Positions 1 through 14,970 of a stretch of 64,000 nucleotides of DNA are shown one piece after another. The DNA is taken from the NCBI GenBank assembly GCA_012295275.1, contig CM022670.1, positions 9,362,001 to 9,426,000 of the forward strand. The letters are read 5' to 3'. Every line of letters begins with the position of its first letter. Positions within the stretch are counted from its first letter, which is position 1. The position numbers and the translations under genes were made by a program. Source of the DNA: Chrysomallon squamiferum. Taxonomy: Eukaryota; Animalia; Mollusca. Below the pieces are notes generated by a model. It was not told the origin of the DNA. It ran no database searches and worked only from the letters and a program-made list of their open reading frames with translations.

Positions 1-284
1 TAGCTACTTTTCTGGAACCCATAAACGACAAGGTAAAAAAAAAAAAAAATTTAATTTCATTTAATTTTAAATTAGTATAATTTTTATATTATATTATATT
101 ATGTTATGTTATATTATATTATATAACTGGTGGTAGATATTTAGTATTCACACGTTTTATTTATTTTTGCAGTATTTTGTGTTGGCCATTTTGTTTCACA
201 CTGTTTTAGACTTGCTTGTGATTTTATTTTTGGGTGTGGCTGATTGTTTATCTTAAAAGAGGAGCGGGCGTTTATGTGAATGTT

Positions 285-840
285 TGTATGAATGTGTATT
301 TTATGTATGTATGTATGTATGTATGTATGTCTGTCTGTATGTATGTATGTATGTATGTATGTATGTATGTATGTTTGTATGTATGTATGTATGTATGTAT
401 GTATGTATGGTTGTATGTATGTATGTATGGTTGTATGTATGTATGTATTATGTATGTATGGTTGTATTATGTATGTATGTATGTATGTATGTATGTATGT
501 ATGTATGTATGTATGTCTGTCTGTATGTATGTATGTATGTATGTATGTATGTATGTATGTATGTATGTATGTATGTATGTATGTATGTATGGTTGTATGT
601 ATGTATGTATGTATGTATGTATGTATGTATGTATGTATGTATGTATGTATGTATGTATGTATGTATGTATGTATGTATGGTTGTATGTATGTATGTTTGT
701 TTGTTTGTATGTATGTATGTATGTATGTATGTATGTATGGTTGTATGTATGTATGTATGTATGTATGTATGGTTGTATGTATGTATGTATGTATGTATGT
801 ATGTATGTATGTATGTATGGTTGTATGTATGTATATATGT
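285..840. repeat. (ATGT)n tetranucleotide array, about 550 bp, with GGTT/CTGT/TTGT variants
   Basis: Direct reading; source of the MYVC-type ORFs. Confidence 0.97.
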
Positions 841-1782
841 CTGAAAGAGACAGACAGACATATTCACTAAAACTAAAACATGTTCACTAAACCTTGACTG
901 TAATCTTATTTAATCTCTTTTGTCCTTCTTCCTTAATTTATTTATAATTAGGCTACTAGCATCTGCCACTAGAGGTGAACTATGTCACGTGCAACATTTT
1001 TACTCTCTCTCTTTGCACAGAGCCTCGCGATTTATTCCTTTTGCCATTTCCTGTTTTCATCAGTTCTGTTGTCTATGACTTAACGTGAAGTAACAACAAA
1101 TTCACCTATCTCCTAACCGATTTAAACTAAAACAAAACATCAAGTGTAAGACTGTACCAGAACGAAGGAAAACGACGATATAAATAATACACTAATACAA
1201 TAAAAATCGGATGAATTTACTAACTTCATCGAACATTACTACGTTTGTCTAACGTAATATCTGTACTAATAAATGTTCACAATGATATTTAGTACGTATA
1301 AACGTATTTACGTTTTCAAAACGAATCGATAACACCGCGTGTGCCATAGATGATGTTGTATATTACCTTTTGTCCGATATAGATTTTCTAGCATCGCCAA
1401 GCCTTTGATGGTTGCATGCACCATTGTGTTGCCGTTTGTTTCAGCAAAGAATGCACCATATTGGTACATGGACATGTTCCATACAACGCTGGACATAACA
1501 GGCTAGGTCGATTATGTATATCTATTGTTATACCAGGAAAGCGTTTTCATTGTCTGACCTGTGTACACTTAAGTGTAATATTCGAGAAAGTGAAAGTATT
1601 TGTAAACAGTCACAGTCACATATAAATAGTTAATAAATTCTGCTGATTAGACGGTAATTTGTGTTCACTGAAAAAAACCTTCACCTTAAAAATAAGAAGA
1701 AAAAAATCACAACAAAATAGCTATGAAAGGTTTAAAAACAACTTAGAATGAGAACATTTTGAATCAGAAACATTCTATCCAA

Positions 1783-1855
1783 CGACTGCTGCTACTGTCA
1801 CTACAACAACTACTGCTACTGTTACTTCTACTAATAGTACAAATATTACTATTGC

Positions 1856-1947
<92 letters not shown>

Positions 1948-1980
1948 GTAGTAGTAGTAGTACTTGCATCAGCAGTAGTA
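1783..1980. repeat. Compound trinucleotide repeat (CTG/CTA)n-(ATT)n-(AGT)n
   Basis: Direct reading. Confidence 0.95.
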
Positions 1981-2351
1981 ACACTGGTTATCACATATTT
2001 ATAATTAATTTACCGGGATATTCCGATCCGCTGTATTTGATTGTAATTTTATAATTAAATGTCATATGTATCCTAATTGTATATTATATGTGACATAGGT
2101 CTGATAATGACAGAGTAAGTAAGATAAACCTGTGCTTTGTACTTGCTCATTATATTCATAAACTGAACGGCGTGGAATATCATTGCTGATATTAATACTA
2201 TACAAAAAACTGGATGTATCAATTAACGTATCTTTATATTTAGATAAAGAAAATATATTACAGTTGTTAAATGAAAATGTTGGTATTTTTGAATTAAAAA
2301 AGTTCTTTACAACACACTGTGAATATTATATCGTATCTATCTACCTATATA

Positions 2352-2590
2352 ACACATACACACACACACGCATACACATACACATACATATACACACATA
2401 CACTCCAGCATAAATAAATACATACATACATACACACACACAAATATACATACATACATACATACATGCATACATACATACATACTTACAAATATGCATA
2501 TATACATACATACATACATACGTACATGCATACATATACACATACATACAAACGTACAGACAGACAGACACATAGATAAACGTATACACA
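2352..2590. repeat. (AC)n/(ACAT)n compound microsatellite
   Basis: Direct reading. Confidence 0.9.
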
Positions 2591-3144
2591 TTTTCAAAAA
2601 TAACACAAATACAATTATTATCTTTTCACACTGATACTATTTGTCCAAAATATTAATAATATTTATCTAAAAATCACAAACTAAAGGGACAAAAAATTTT
2701 TTTATTTATTTATTTATTTATTTATTTTTTTTTTTTTCTATAAATTTTATCTTCGACAGGAATATCACAACTGTGAAAAGTAATACCTCGGTTTGTGACA
2801 AACTCTTGCCAAACGTTAAACCGAGCTTCAGAACACGAGATCGCTTGATATGAATACCATTATAATAAAAGTGCGATAAAGTTACCAGTTCGGTCGCTGT
2901 AACAGTGAGATAAACGTAATTAAATGTCACCGGCTGATAACAATGTTTATGTCACCAGTGACCATCCGCTGACCAGTGTGACGATAGATTCTCTCTCGTA
3001 ACTTACGCTCTTCAAATATCTAACATTAGTACTGTCCATATAATTAACAGCCTCCATTTTTAAATATTTATTTACATATCAGAAATTCGAGACGGGTGTA
3101 TTGGACCTATATACCCCCTGTGTTACAGATACGTGATTTAGCCC

Positions 3145-3340
3145 CTGCCAGCCAGTGCGCGCCCTCTGGGCTATTTCCCGTTCCAACCATGACTGTTTTA
3201 TGAAAAAAAACGTCAATGCTAAGGTGAATATAAAAGATGTATCGCTGTTAATCAGTAAATGTCATCAGTGGATTGTTGATAATGGGCTTCCTCTGTCACA
3301 CCAGCTCTGTAAAATTAACACATGACTGACACCAAATAAT
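3145..3340 (+). mobile_element. Degenerate tRNA-derived SINE fragment (mollusc Nin-domain-like)
   Basis: GGGCTATTTCCCGTTCCAACCA...GGTGAATATAAAAGATGTATCGCTGTTAATCAGTAAATGT...GGGCTTCCTCT; shares blocks with copies at 11.5, 14.4, 37.8 and 62.5 kb. Family assignment is from memory. Confidence 0.6.
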
Positions 3341-4243
3341 CATTATATTAGAATATGTTTAGAAATCTTTTCTTTTTTTTTTTTTTTTGTTATCTTTCGT
3401 TCTCGTTTCTTCGTTCATTCCTTACCTCATTCTTTAATTTATCCATTTATTCTTTCTTTCTTCCTTTCTTTCTTTTTCTTTCCTCGATCCGTTCATTCGT
3501 TCTACTAATTATTTTTCATTTATTCATCCATCCATTCATCCATCCATTTCTTCATTCTTTCATTCACTGAAATACGTCGGGCTACGAACTTTTTTCCTTT
3601 CGACCTGAATTGAACAGAAAGATTATTTGTGTATTCTGTCACTTCGATCACTTGAAGATTTGGATGTGCTTCCCTTTATTATTCTCTCTCAGTGATTTTT
3701 CTCAACACGGACTGTAAATTAAATTCACGAATCTGTAGAAAACAGACAAACATGTGTGTACTTAGTAAAAAGATTTATCATTGTACATCTAAAATGAAAT
3801 CAGGTGGCGCTGATGTGAGATACAGGTATCAGATAAAATAATAAAAGGATTTTAAGAGCATTATTTTTTTAAAAGAATACTACTTTGAAGCGCTGAAGAA
3901 GATAAGAGTGAAAAAAAAAAAAAGGTTTGAGATAATGAAGAATGAGAACGAATAGAAGGGAAAAAAATATTTTATTTGTTTTATTTATCGAACCATTCTA
4001 GAAATTTTCAAGCAGATTAAACGAACAACGTCAACCCTTTGGTTAAAAACGAATTTCAACATCAATGAGGACAGCAAAGAAGACAACAGCAACGCATTCA
4101 TGAACAATAACAACGTGTGTGACATCTGTTACACTAATTACAATAATAAAATTAGCAACAGCTAGAAAACCAATAACAATATAATAACTTCATCAACAAT
4201 GACATCATCAGATTAACTGAAGAGTGATTTCCTGTCCTTTCGT

Positions 4244-4358
4244 TTATTATTATTATTATTATTATTATTATTGTTATTATTGTTATTATTATTGTTGTTG
4301 TTGTTTCTTTCTTTCTTTTTTCTTTCTTTATTATTATCATTATCATTGTTATTTATTA

Positions 4359-4416
<58 letters not shown>

Positions 4417-4437
4417 CATCATCATCATTATTATTAT
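4244..4437. repeat. (ATT)n interrupted microsatellite
   Basis: Direct reading. Confidence 0.92.
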
Positions 4438-5341
4438 TTCTTTATTTTTCATTTTTAAATATTACTGGGGGCCTCACAATAACAGTATCCCAGGGTCACA
4501 CAGAATATCAGCACCGGCATTGCAACAACAACAACAACACAGGAGAAACTAACAGGCAAAACATGGAGAGAAAAAAAAAACAAGAAAAAAAACGGTTCCG
4601 AACAAACACTCGCCAAACCCGCATTACGTCGTTTAACGTGGTCGCTTTTCCTATTTGTTTTCTCCGTTTACTCACTGGGGTTTAACTGTATATTAGCGAG
4701 GCAGTCGTTTACAGTGGGCACAGTCTGATTGTTTTTTATACTGAATATTGTGGTTGTTTGTCACGCCGCGGAGAGACAAGACGGGCCAATACACAGAGCA
4801 AATAGCAAGTATTTATTCTCATCTCCGCACAAATTGGAGGAAAGGTTTCGTCGTTGCGTACGACACAATGAGATCTTTGTTTCCGAACATGTGCTGTTGT
4901 GATGTGCCGAAAAAAACCAATTATGATCTCTGCAATTATGTTTTTCTGTTTGGAAACCAGACTAGAATATTTTAAGTTGGTAAAGGTGATAACGAGTGCG
5001 TAATTGGTGGAAATAAATAGTCTTTGACACTTCTGTGCCCAATACGGTATCTGGTGGGGGTTTTTTGGTGTTTTTTTTCCCGGCAATGATTTAAAAGCAA
5101 ATGAAAAATAATAACATAGCAGCCTATGAGTAAATTCTTTGGTTCGTCTCTGAATGCAGTATATTAATTCTGTGGCTTCTGAGTTAGAGAGATATCATAA
5201 AAAAAAACAGACAAATCTGTAGACAATATCATAAAGAAAACAATATAAAGTATTTATTACATGATTTTTATCTTGGTTCTGATTAATCCTTTATGATCAT
5301 TACTATTTTAATCTTTTATTTACAGAATATAGACGAGTATG

Positions 5342-5403
<62 letters not shown>

Positions 5404-6169
5404 AAACAGATATAGATATAGTCACATATATAGATATATAGATAAACAGAAAGAGATTCAGACATACAGAGGACAGACAGATCGATGGATAGATAGAGCG
5501 ATAGATGGATATATGGATGGATGAATAGATAACAATAACTCAGAAAAAAAAAAAAAAAATTCTTCGGCATGTGCTGTGGCTTATCAAACTAGATTAAGTC
5601 GGTAATCCAAGCTTACGTCCACAGTTTATGTTGAATACACCACTGAAATGTTTCATATTACTTGAGCCTAGGTCATTATATGAATTGTTATTCTAACTGG
5701 CTTTTCTAAACGCGATATATAATGTAACTAGTTTAAGTAGATGCTTTAAGATAGTATTCCCTACAGACTGTTAAGACACAAAAGACAACAAAGCGGTTGA
5801 AGAATATCAAACCCTGGCTTAGAAAGACATCAAGGAAGAGTTCTGAAAATTTGATGCGCTTTTTAGAACACTAAAGTAAAGAATGTTATTGTATGCGAAA
5901 CAGATAATTATAGGTTATTTAATACACTTGATATATAGGTCAGTTATCTTCCTCATATTATTGTATACAGCATTATTTATTGTTCATCTTTCCTTCCTCA
6001 TTCATTCTTTACGTCTGTATATCTATCTGTCTTTCTGTTTGCTTTTCTATCTTTTTTCTTTCAGTTTGTCAGTCTATCTTTTATTTTTTCTATCTTCCTG
6101 TCTTTCTCTCGTTCACTTACTTTTTTTCATTTTCTTACGTTTTGTATCTCACTAGCTCTGTCATGAATG

Positions 6170-6245
<76 letters not shown>

Positions 6246-6966
6246 CTCTATTTGTTTTTGATCCATTCATATATTTCTTTAAAGATACTTTCAGAACAAC
6301 CTATTCAAATTAAAACGAAAATTCGTGGTGAATCCTCAAAGAAAACAACTGATCTTATACTGTTCGACAAAAATATTTTTTAGCTCCAATTTTTCAAATT
6401 CACCTGCTTTAAATAGTTCTCAGAATGAAGATATTTAAAACCAGTGTAATCCTATTTACTCTCATTTCGGTACTTTTGGGCCGTTTGCGGTCCTTTAGGT
6501 CACGCTTCTAAAGCTTTTTAACAGTAAGTGATTTGAAGTTTCCGGATTTCATCTTTCGAGAAGGAAAGAAATATAATTTTTTTGAAAAATCAGTAAAACG
6601 AAGCTATAGTTGTATGCTGAAACGTTTTTCCAAGTAAGAATTGTTTATCCCAATATTTCCAGTCTTGTTCTGGCTCTTTAGAAGTAAAATTTAATGTCTA
6701 AAAGGAATTCTGGTTTGGATAAGCTTTTCGTTTTGACTTTGGTTCTCACCTGAACAGTTTAATAATACATGGGATGGGTATATGTGGATCTAGAAAAAAG
6801 AAAGTAAGTAAGAACATCCTTATCATCATCATCATCTTCATCATCATCTTAATCATCATTATTATCACTGTCATGCCATCATCACCAGATTTATCTATTT
6901 ATTTTATTTTGTTTTACCAACATTTTATTTTATTTTATTTTATTTATTTTTATTATTATTTTTATT

Positions 6967-7017
<51 letters not shown>

Positions 7018-7492
7018 TTTTGAAGAGGACGTTTAGTTTTTTTTTTTCTAAAACATTATATTACAATGTTTTCTCCAGACACCTTTGTTTAATTAGTTTT
7101 CGCACAGCACACGTAATTTAAGTAATAAAAACTGTCTCACGTTAAAACCATTTGTAAATGTTTACAGTATCAAATTATGCAGATATTTGACGTCTACAGC
7201 GTTTAATAAATAAGTAAATGTATTTGCTCGTAAAACAGTGAAACTGATGATTGGAATGGTGTGCTCTCGCTTGCTGGAAAAAGAAAGCACAGAATCTCAA
7301 AACTTGCTATTTTAACTAAAAATAAAAGGAACCAGTTTTTGCCACGTCTGCAGATTCGTACCACTAACACTAAGGAAGATGATACAAGGAGAAGAATACA
7401 AGATGTTACATCGCCTTTGTTTATTAGTAGTGACTAAATTCAAGTATTGTCAGAAATACGTCTAGTCATTCGACTGTTGGTCTCGATCCTAC

Positions 7493-7666
7493 GTCCTAGC
7501 CGTTCGTGTTAATGTCCTAGCCCTTCACGCCAATGTTCTAGCCCTTCACGCCAATGTCCTAGCTCTTCACGCCAATGTCCTAGCTCTTCACGTCAATGTC
7601 CTAGCCCTTCACGTCAATGCCCTAGCCCTTCACGCCAATGTCCTAGCCCTTCACGCCAATGTCCTA
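7493..7666. repeat. Minisatellite, 21-bp unit x about 8.3
   Basis: Head-to-tail GTCCTAGCCCTTCACGCCAAT with 0-2 substitutions per unit; first unit more diverged; no spacers. Confidence 0.95.
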
Positions 7667-7699
7667 CCATTTGAACGTAACGGATTCTCTACACGTTTG

Positions 7700-7785
7700 T
7701 GCTATTATTAGTAACTGAGATCAGACATGACCAGAAATACACCGAATGATCCGTCCACTGGATTCGATCTTGCGTCATCTGAGTT
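7700..7785 (-). mobile_element. SINE head fragment with B-box-like motif
   Basis: Minus strand reads GCAAGATCGAATCCAGTGGACGGATCATTCGGTGTATTTCTGGTC: a B-box-like GATCGAATCC followed by the TATTTC block seen in the other copies. Confidence 0.4.
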
Positions 7786-8058
7786 CACACGAATGCACAT
7801 CTTTGTCACAGGAACGTCTGTGTGTTTCAGTATTAATAATAACTGTCCACAAATGTTTGTTGTCCGGTTACGAATGAGAAAACACATTATTTCTCCCTGC
7901 ATAAATTACAAGCCTCGATGAAAACGTTTTTCGTCTAACAATCAACCAGCTGTGCCTGTTACTGTTAATAATTATATAGAAACATTTGCTATCCTCATGC
8001 GTAATAGTGAATAAGGGTTATATGCTATTGCATAATTAAAAAATTGGACTAAAAAGTG

Positions 8059-8098
<40 letters not shown>

Positions 8099-8174
8099 AA
8101 TACATAAAGGCTTACTTCACATGGTGGTGAAACATAAATATAGACAAATCCCAATGATTAAGTTCTACATTTAG

Positions 8175-8350
<176 letters not shown>

Positions 8351-10209
8351 TTTGGCAAAAATTAAAAACGAATTTTTCTCAAACCGCGAAATTCGCCAGC
8401 TATTTCCTGTTGGGATTTCGAAATGCAAGATCTTCTGAAATGATCGAGCGTCACTGATAAAAACGGCCAAGTTTTTCAAATTTAAACTGTATCAAGGATG
8501 TCAAACACGAGCACTGATGTGCAACACTATTTCACAGCTTCTTGTTGAATAACAAAACACGACGGTGCAAGCCAAATTTGCACATTTTGAGGCCATTTGC
8601 AAGATGCTTTGGCAAACATTATAAATATTTGATTTCTCTGTTTGTCCAGTAACGTCTGTGTTGGAATAAGAATTTTGAAAAGACAAGTAAATTGCTGTAT
8701 TGGAATGTGAAAGTCTTGGTCGGCTAATTGAATTCAGTTCTGTCTGCTTTTGTTGTTTTGTTTCAGTTTGTAAAATTATAATTTTCTTGTTGACAGCAAT
8801 GATGATTAATTTTTATAGCAACGTCATCTTTGTGTTCAGTGTTTTAAAATAACATCTTAGCTCCACATTTCCTGAATATTTTTTCTTAATTCAGTGATTC
8901 GTTGTATATCTTTTCTCAACAAATGGTTTTATATATCAGTTCAGCTTTTCGTCTCGTTAATATACTTTAATTCAGCTTTCTGGTTTTATCGATTTAGTTT
9001 ATAATTAGATAAAGTAATTTAGCTTATAACTTAGTTCTGTGATAATTCATCATATCTGTTAGTTCAGTAATTTATTTTATATCTTTTTGATCAGCAGTTC
9101 ACTTTATATTGTAATTCGGTCATTTATCTTATATCTTGGTTAAATAATTCATAGTATATTTTATATATTACATCTTATATCTTATAATTTATCTTATATC
9201 TATGTTTAATCATTTATCTTGTATCTTTGTTCTCTGATTCATCTTGTACATAATTCAGTGATTACATTACATGTCTTACAGTTCAAAATAATACATTTCA
9301 TACTGTTATTCAAATTATTCATCTTGCATTTTGTATCCATAGTTATGTTATTTCACATTCATCTCATTAATTAAGTTCAAGAATTCATTGTGGTTAATTT
9401 TAAATGAACACTTCAAATGATAAAGTAGTTCTGAATAAATTCATCCCAAATCTTTCAATGATCTTACTGCAATGTGAACCGATTTATTTTTAAAATAATG
9501 GGGCTGGAATTTAAGAACTGACAGGTGGAGGTAAAGAATTCTAAATAATACTTAAGCTACAAATGTGTATAATTACAATGCCAAAATTATCTTGGCGTTT
9601 TAAATTCGGGTTCTTTTAGGGATAAGTTTAGAATGATTATATCTCTTTACACCAAATAAACCTTTTCTGTGCTATGCGCAAGAAACCCAAAACTTCAAAA
9701 ATTTCATATCCAAACAAAACTTTGCTGATGAATACGTATCAGGTTCGCATTATAATCCTGAAATTGTGAACAACATTTCAGAGAAGAAAAAAAGAAAGAA
9801 AAAAGTAATTACGATTCAGTTTCATCTAAGTCAACAATGCATGCGTGTCGGAAACTGATGACGATTTTGTTTGCGTAAATCAGCCGGCTATTTTGCAGCA
9901 GTGCACGAAAACAAGGCCAGTGAAAATATTTGACTACAATAAAATATAAATCACACACAATCCCCGTGAGGATTAGGTAGTGTACGGTTTTAACGATTTT
10001 CTGTAGTCATGCTACACACACACACACACAGAGACTGAGGAGTTTATTGTTCGCTATGTAGACTGGGATAGGATACCTAAGAAAACTCCACAATGTTTCA
10101 ATGAAAATAATATATTTAAAGTTAAAAATATATATATATATATATATATACTACTGATATACGTGTATTATCTTTCTGTGAGCATGTGTGTATCTCTGTC
10201 CATATATCT

Positions 10210-10299
<90 letters not shown>

Positions 10300-10662
10300 G
10301 CGGTAGTGTGTCTGTGAATGTGTCAGGTTAAAAATGTAAGAGGGGTAAACGTAAATACCGAATTTTAGAATTCTCTACCCTCACCTGTCACTATTAAAAT
10401 TCCAGCCCTGATCTTCTAAACATAAATCAGTTTTGGTTGCAGCAGGACGAGTCAGTGATTTTTATTGTTGTGGTTTCACAATCTCCCACAAACAGGATCA
10501 GCTTCTGTTATCTAATACATTTCACCTTCATGTTTGGTTCGCAACTGTTCAGCTTATTTAGCTGGTTATTATAAATTACCAGAATGTTTTACGATTCAAG
10601 TGTGTTTACAGTATAATGATGACTGTATTCTACTTATGCGTATTCGTCTGTCTCTGTCTCTG

Positions 10663-10753
<91 letters not shown>

Positions 10754-11514
10754 GTCGTTATCTGTCTATATTTGTGTGTACGGGTATGTGTTTGTATGTT
10801 GGCGTATTTCGTTTTTTCGCTTTTTTTTTTTCGTTTTTTTTCCCCCAGTCACGTTTCAGTAAACTTTAAAGCACGTTCGCCGGCTACTTATCCTTCCTTT
10901 AAGTAGCATTAGTGTAAAAAATAAAATGCATCTGGTTATTTTTATGTCATTCAGCTGAAGGCTAAACATTCTTTTTTTTTTTTCAATTAACACTTTACGT
11001 TGGTAACATGGACCGTTCTAGAATTTATTTCAGTAATCTTCGACAGTGCTTTTCGGTTCTACAGCTCATTCTAGAATAATTTCATCATTAATCTTTATCC
11101 AATAACTCATTTTGTTCAGTGCATATTTCTAGTCTTTAATTCGAATTGAATTACCACTGAGCTTAGTTCAGTAACAAATTCTGAAAGCTACTTTCTGTAA
11201 TTCAGTCTTGACCGTATTTTGATAATTTTCCAAGGCCTTCATGTTGCTGTTGACCATTGTAGAGTTTATTTAAGTGAGCTTTAACTAATGAGATTTTATA
11301 CACAGAACTTCATTAACACTAAAAAAAACCTATAATTTATGGATGTAACAGGTGCGGCCATTTTATAATCGTGTTATCACAAAAAAAAATTATTTTTACA
11401 TTACAAATTATAAACTGCGATTTAACAATAAACAGAGATATACGAAAAAAGAAATATAATAATTTCAGTGGAAATATGTATATATTTTATTACTCACGAG
11501 AAACCTTATGAAAG

Positions 11515-11595
11515 TGGTATATATTTCCCGTTCTAGCCAGTGATTCGTCAGTGTTTTTTTCAGTGCTTTACTGTCCGTGGGAAGGACTAAATCAT
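11515..11595 (+). mobile_element. SINE fragment (same family)
   Basis: TATTTCCCGTTCTAGCCAGTG...TGCTTTACTGTCCGTGGGAAGG matches the 3.17 kb and 37.8 kb copies. Confidence 0.55.
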
Positions 11596-12993
11596 AATCA
11601 CGGCAATGTTGACAGCATATTTATTTTATTTTTTTGACATTATCATTATACACAACCTGTCACAATAACCAATGCCATTAAAATTAAAATATTCTGAATT
11701 TTAGCTAAATTTTTAATTCTTTAATGTGCTTTTCAAATTTTTGACGTCTGACTTGATTGATTATCAGAAAAATATCTCATTTATGTTTACTCAGACGCAA
11801 AACCAAACTCATCACTGGCAGTTCTACGACATTAAATATGAGAATCAATGAACTGTTGTGTGGTCTGTTTAAAGGGATATCAACAAAACATCAAACACGC
11901 TAATACACGGACAAGTACGGCAAACTTTGTTTAGGAATTACAACGTTTGTTTAATTAATCCATGGTCGAAAGTACACTGCGTTATGTCTAGACATTTCAT
12001 ATTTTGTTTTGCGTCTTTTTTTATATGTAAAAATAATAATAATAATAAATAATAAAAGGAAATTGGTAAATATATTAAACGACTCTCCATTTGAAATGAG
12101 AGTCAGAATTGTATTTTACGTAAATAATATTATATTCAAACCGCTAAAACTCACTATCTGAGTCTATTTCCTTATTTAAACTATATCCCCCATCCTTCAC
12201 TCTTGATATAATGCCAGTAATAATATCACATCCAAAATAAAATTCAACAGAATAAATTTCAGAAAGATAAACGCTTTGTGAAGAAGAAAAAATTCAAAAT
12301 TTAAAAATTTAAAAAAAAAAATTTTAAAAATTTAAAAATCACTAAAAAGATCTATTTTGTAGATTGTGTTTATCACAATGTGATTTTATTTTATATTTTG
12401 ATATTCGGTGATTCTATCACACCGAGCACTCTTTATTATTATTTATAATTATATATATAGATATTTTTTTATTATTATTTTCTCTTTCTTTTCCCTAAGG
12501 CAAAACAAACGGCGTTTCAGTGCAGCATGCAAATTGTTTTAAGTACGACCACAGATTCGTTAATTTCCTTCACCTGTTCAGCGACACCAATAAAAGTTTA
12601 TTTCATTCCTACGGGATTTGCAATAAAAACTTCATTCTACTGGAACACATCTGTACAGAAAACACTGATTACTTAGTAAATGCGACTGCAGGTTACAGTG
12701 CCAGCCATCTTGTTTTATTGTGTATTTTACTGCTTTGTTTCCAGTTGCCAAATTGCCGAGTTATTCGCAGCATTCTGTACAGGTTTATGCGATTGTTTCC
12801 GGGAGTATTTGTCAGAAACGAGTTTTGTGATTAATCACAACTGACAGAATATGCTGGCTTAAAAGTAATTATGTATTTACTGCAGTGGAAGTCAGTTTTA
12901 TTATTTACCTCATAGGTTATTGTAATTTATAACACTGCTCTCTGTGGGAACTGCAGTCTGACCTTCAGTATTTTGAAAAAAAAAATTAACATG

Positions 12994-13070
<77 letters not shown>

Positions 13071-13324
13071 CTCTCTATATCTCCTCTTTTTATTTTATCT
13101 GTCTCTGTCTCTGTATTTTTCTTTCTTTCTTTTGTTTGTTTTCCTTTGAGTGGACTTTTTCGATCTCTCACTCTTTCTCACCGTTGCTGCCATTCTCTTT
13201 TTTCCAACACCTATACTCATTCTTTCTCTCTATCACTTTTTTCTTGAGTCTCCAAACCTGATTTTTTAATTATTATTATCATCATCATCATCATCATGAT
13301 TATTATTATTATTATTATTATTAT

Positions 13325-13359
<35 letters not shown>

Positions 13360-14044
13360 TTTTTTTATTAAGCAGCGTTATCGCATTACATTCACCGAAT
13401 ATCAATATCTCAGTAAATCTGTATAAACCCAAATTTAACTGCTTAACGTAACACTCACTGTACTTAACTTACAATTGAGCTCAACGCAAATCCCACTTGA
13501 ACTTCTGTCAGATATCAAGAAAGGTATAATGTGATCTAGTTTAAATATCGGTTTAATTAGTTTACATTTCGTACGCTAGCGTTTACACACATTGAGAAAC
13601 CGCCAAGTGTTTACTTCGCTACTGTTAAACCCGCATTGCTTTGTTTGTTGTCTCATTCTTGTATTAATTTCATAATAAATAATCAATCGGAGTTATTGTC
13701 TAACGCGTTTCCTCCGATGAAAATCTTCCAATCAGATACCACAAGCGAAGGCGATTCCTGTTTGCGAAAATATCTTCAGCAAATAATTTATTTAACTCGG
13801 ATATTTATTAGCAGATATTGTGCATGTTTGCCAAAAGCATTGAGAAAATAGTTCACATACTTTCTTGTGTTTGTACAGAAAGCTTGGACTGACCTTTGTT
13901 AATTCACTAAGCGGATTTCCCATAAAAGAATATATCTTTAAACCTCAGTTGTAACATAGATTGAAAAACATAGAACATAAATATATTGCTATTTTTGTTT
14001 ATTTTTGTAGCGGATGTTTTTCCTTTCGCGCTAATAGAAATATT

Positions 14045-14225
14045 TGTATGTATGTATGTATGTGTGTATGTATGTATGTATGTATGTATGTATGTATGTA
14101 TGTATGTATGTATGTATGTATGTATGTATGTATGTATGTATGTATGTATGTATGTATGTATGTATGTATGTATGTATGTATGTGTGTATGTGTGAATATG
14201 TGTATATATGTATGTATGCGTGTAT
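14045..14225. repeat. (ATGT)n microsatellite
   Basis: Direct reading. Confidence 0.95.
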
Positions 14226-14387
14226 GAATGATATTATGTTTGCATGTATATGTGTATGTATGATTATATACGTAAGAATGTGTGTGTATATGTAGTATCT
14301 ATGTTTGCTTTATTATTGTTATTATTATTATTGTTGTTGTTATTATATCGACACACAATTGTATATTTGGCATGGCGCACTGGTTTG

Positions 14388-14470
14388 AACTGGAAATATT
14401 AATGCATCAGCTGGATTTATCATTCAACTTCATATGTATCATTACCACACGTTAACAGACAAGCAGTTAC
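14388..14470 (-). mobile_element. SINE fragment (same family)
   Basis: GCGCACTGGTTTGAACTGGAAATA is the reverse complement of TATTTCCAGTTCAAACCAGTGCGC, the same block as at 11521. Confidence 0.5.
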
Positions 14471-14885
14471 TGTTCTTTCCAGTATTTTTCACTATAGATC
14501 ACGAGTTATACTATATGACCTGTTTGCTAATGGTTAAATATAACTATCAAGTTTCTTTAACAAAATCTCCCTTTTCTTTGGTTCCTGGATCTCTTTCATA
14601 AAGAGTTACCTGTAACGTATCACGTACAACACCGTTTTAATCTGTATCTGGGTGGGGCTGAAAATGTACGATAAGAATGTGTAGTGTCTTCCTGGGGGTG
14701 ATGTTTGTTTTTCACCATAATCGTTCACCAGTTGACAAGAGGACGTTCAGAGAGATCTGGGGTTTACAGAAAAACTGTCTGTGTCAGATTTACTGTCAAA
14801 CTCGTTTTATCAGGAATGCGGAGAGAGATCTGCCTAGATATACATTCCAGAATGTATTTGTTTATGCGAAAGAGAGACACAGAAA

Positions 14886-14970
<85 letters not shown>

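Noticed and set aside
234-890. Long MYVC/HTYI-repeat ORFs (also 13961-14295, 26673-27060, 44085-44552) and poly-ER/LS/I/L/N ORFs
   Set aside because: Translations of stop-free microsatellites, open in several frames, with no splice or protein-family support.
7493-7666. Possible CRISPR array
   Set aside because: Contiguous tandem units without unique spacers, in a eukaryotic context with no cas genes.
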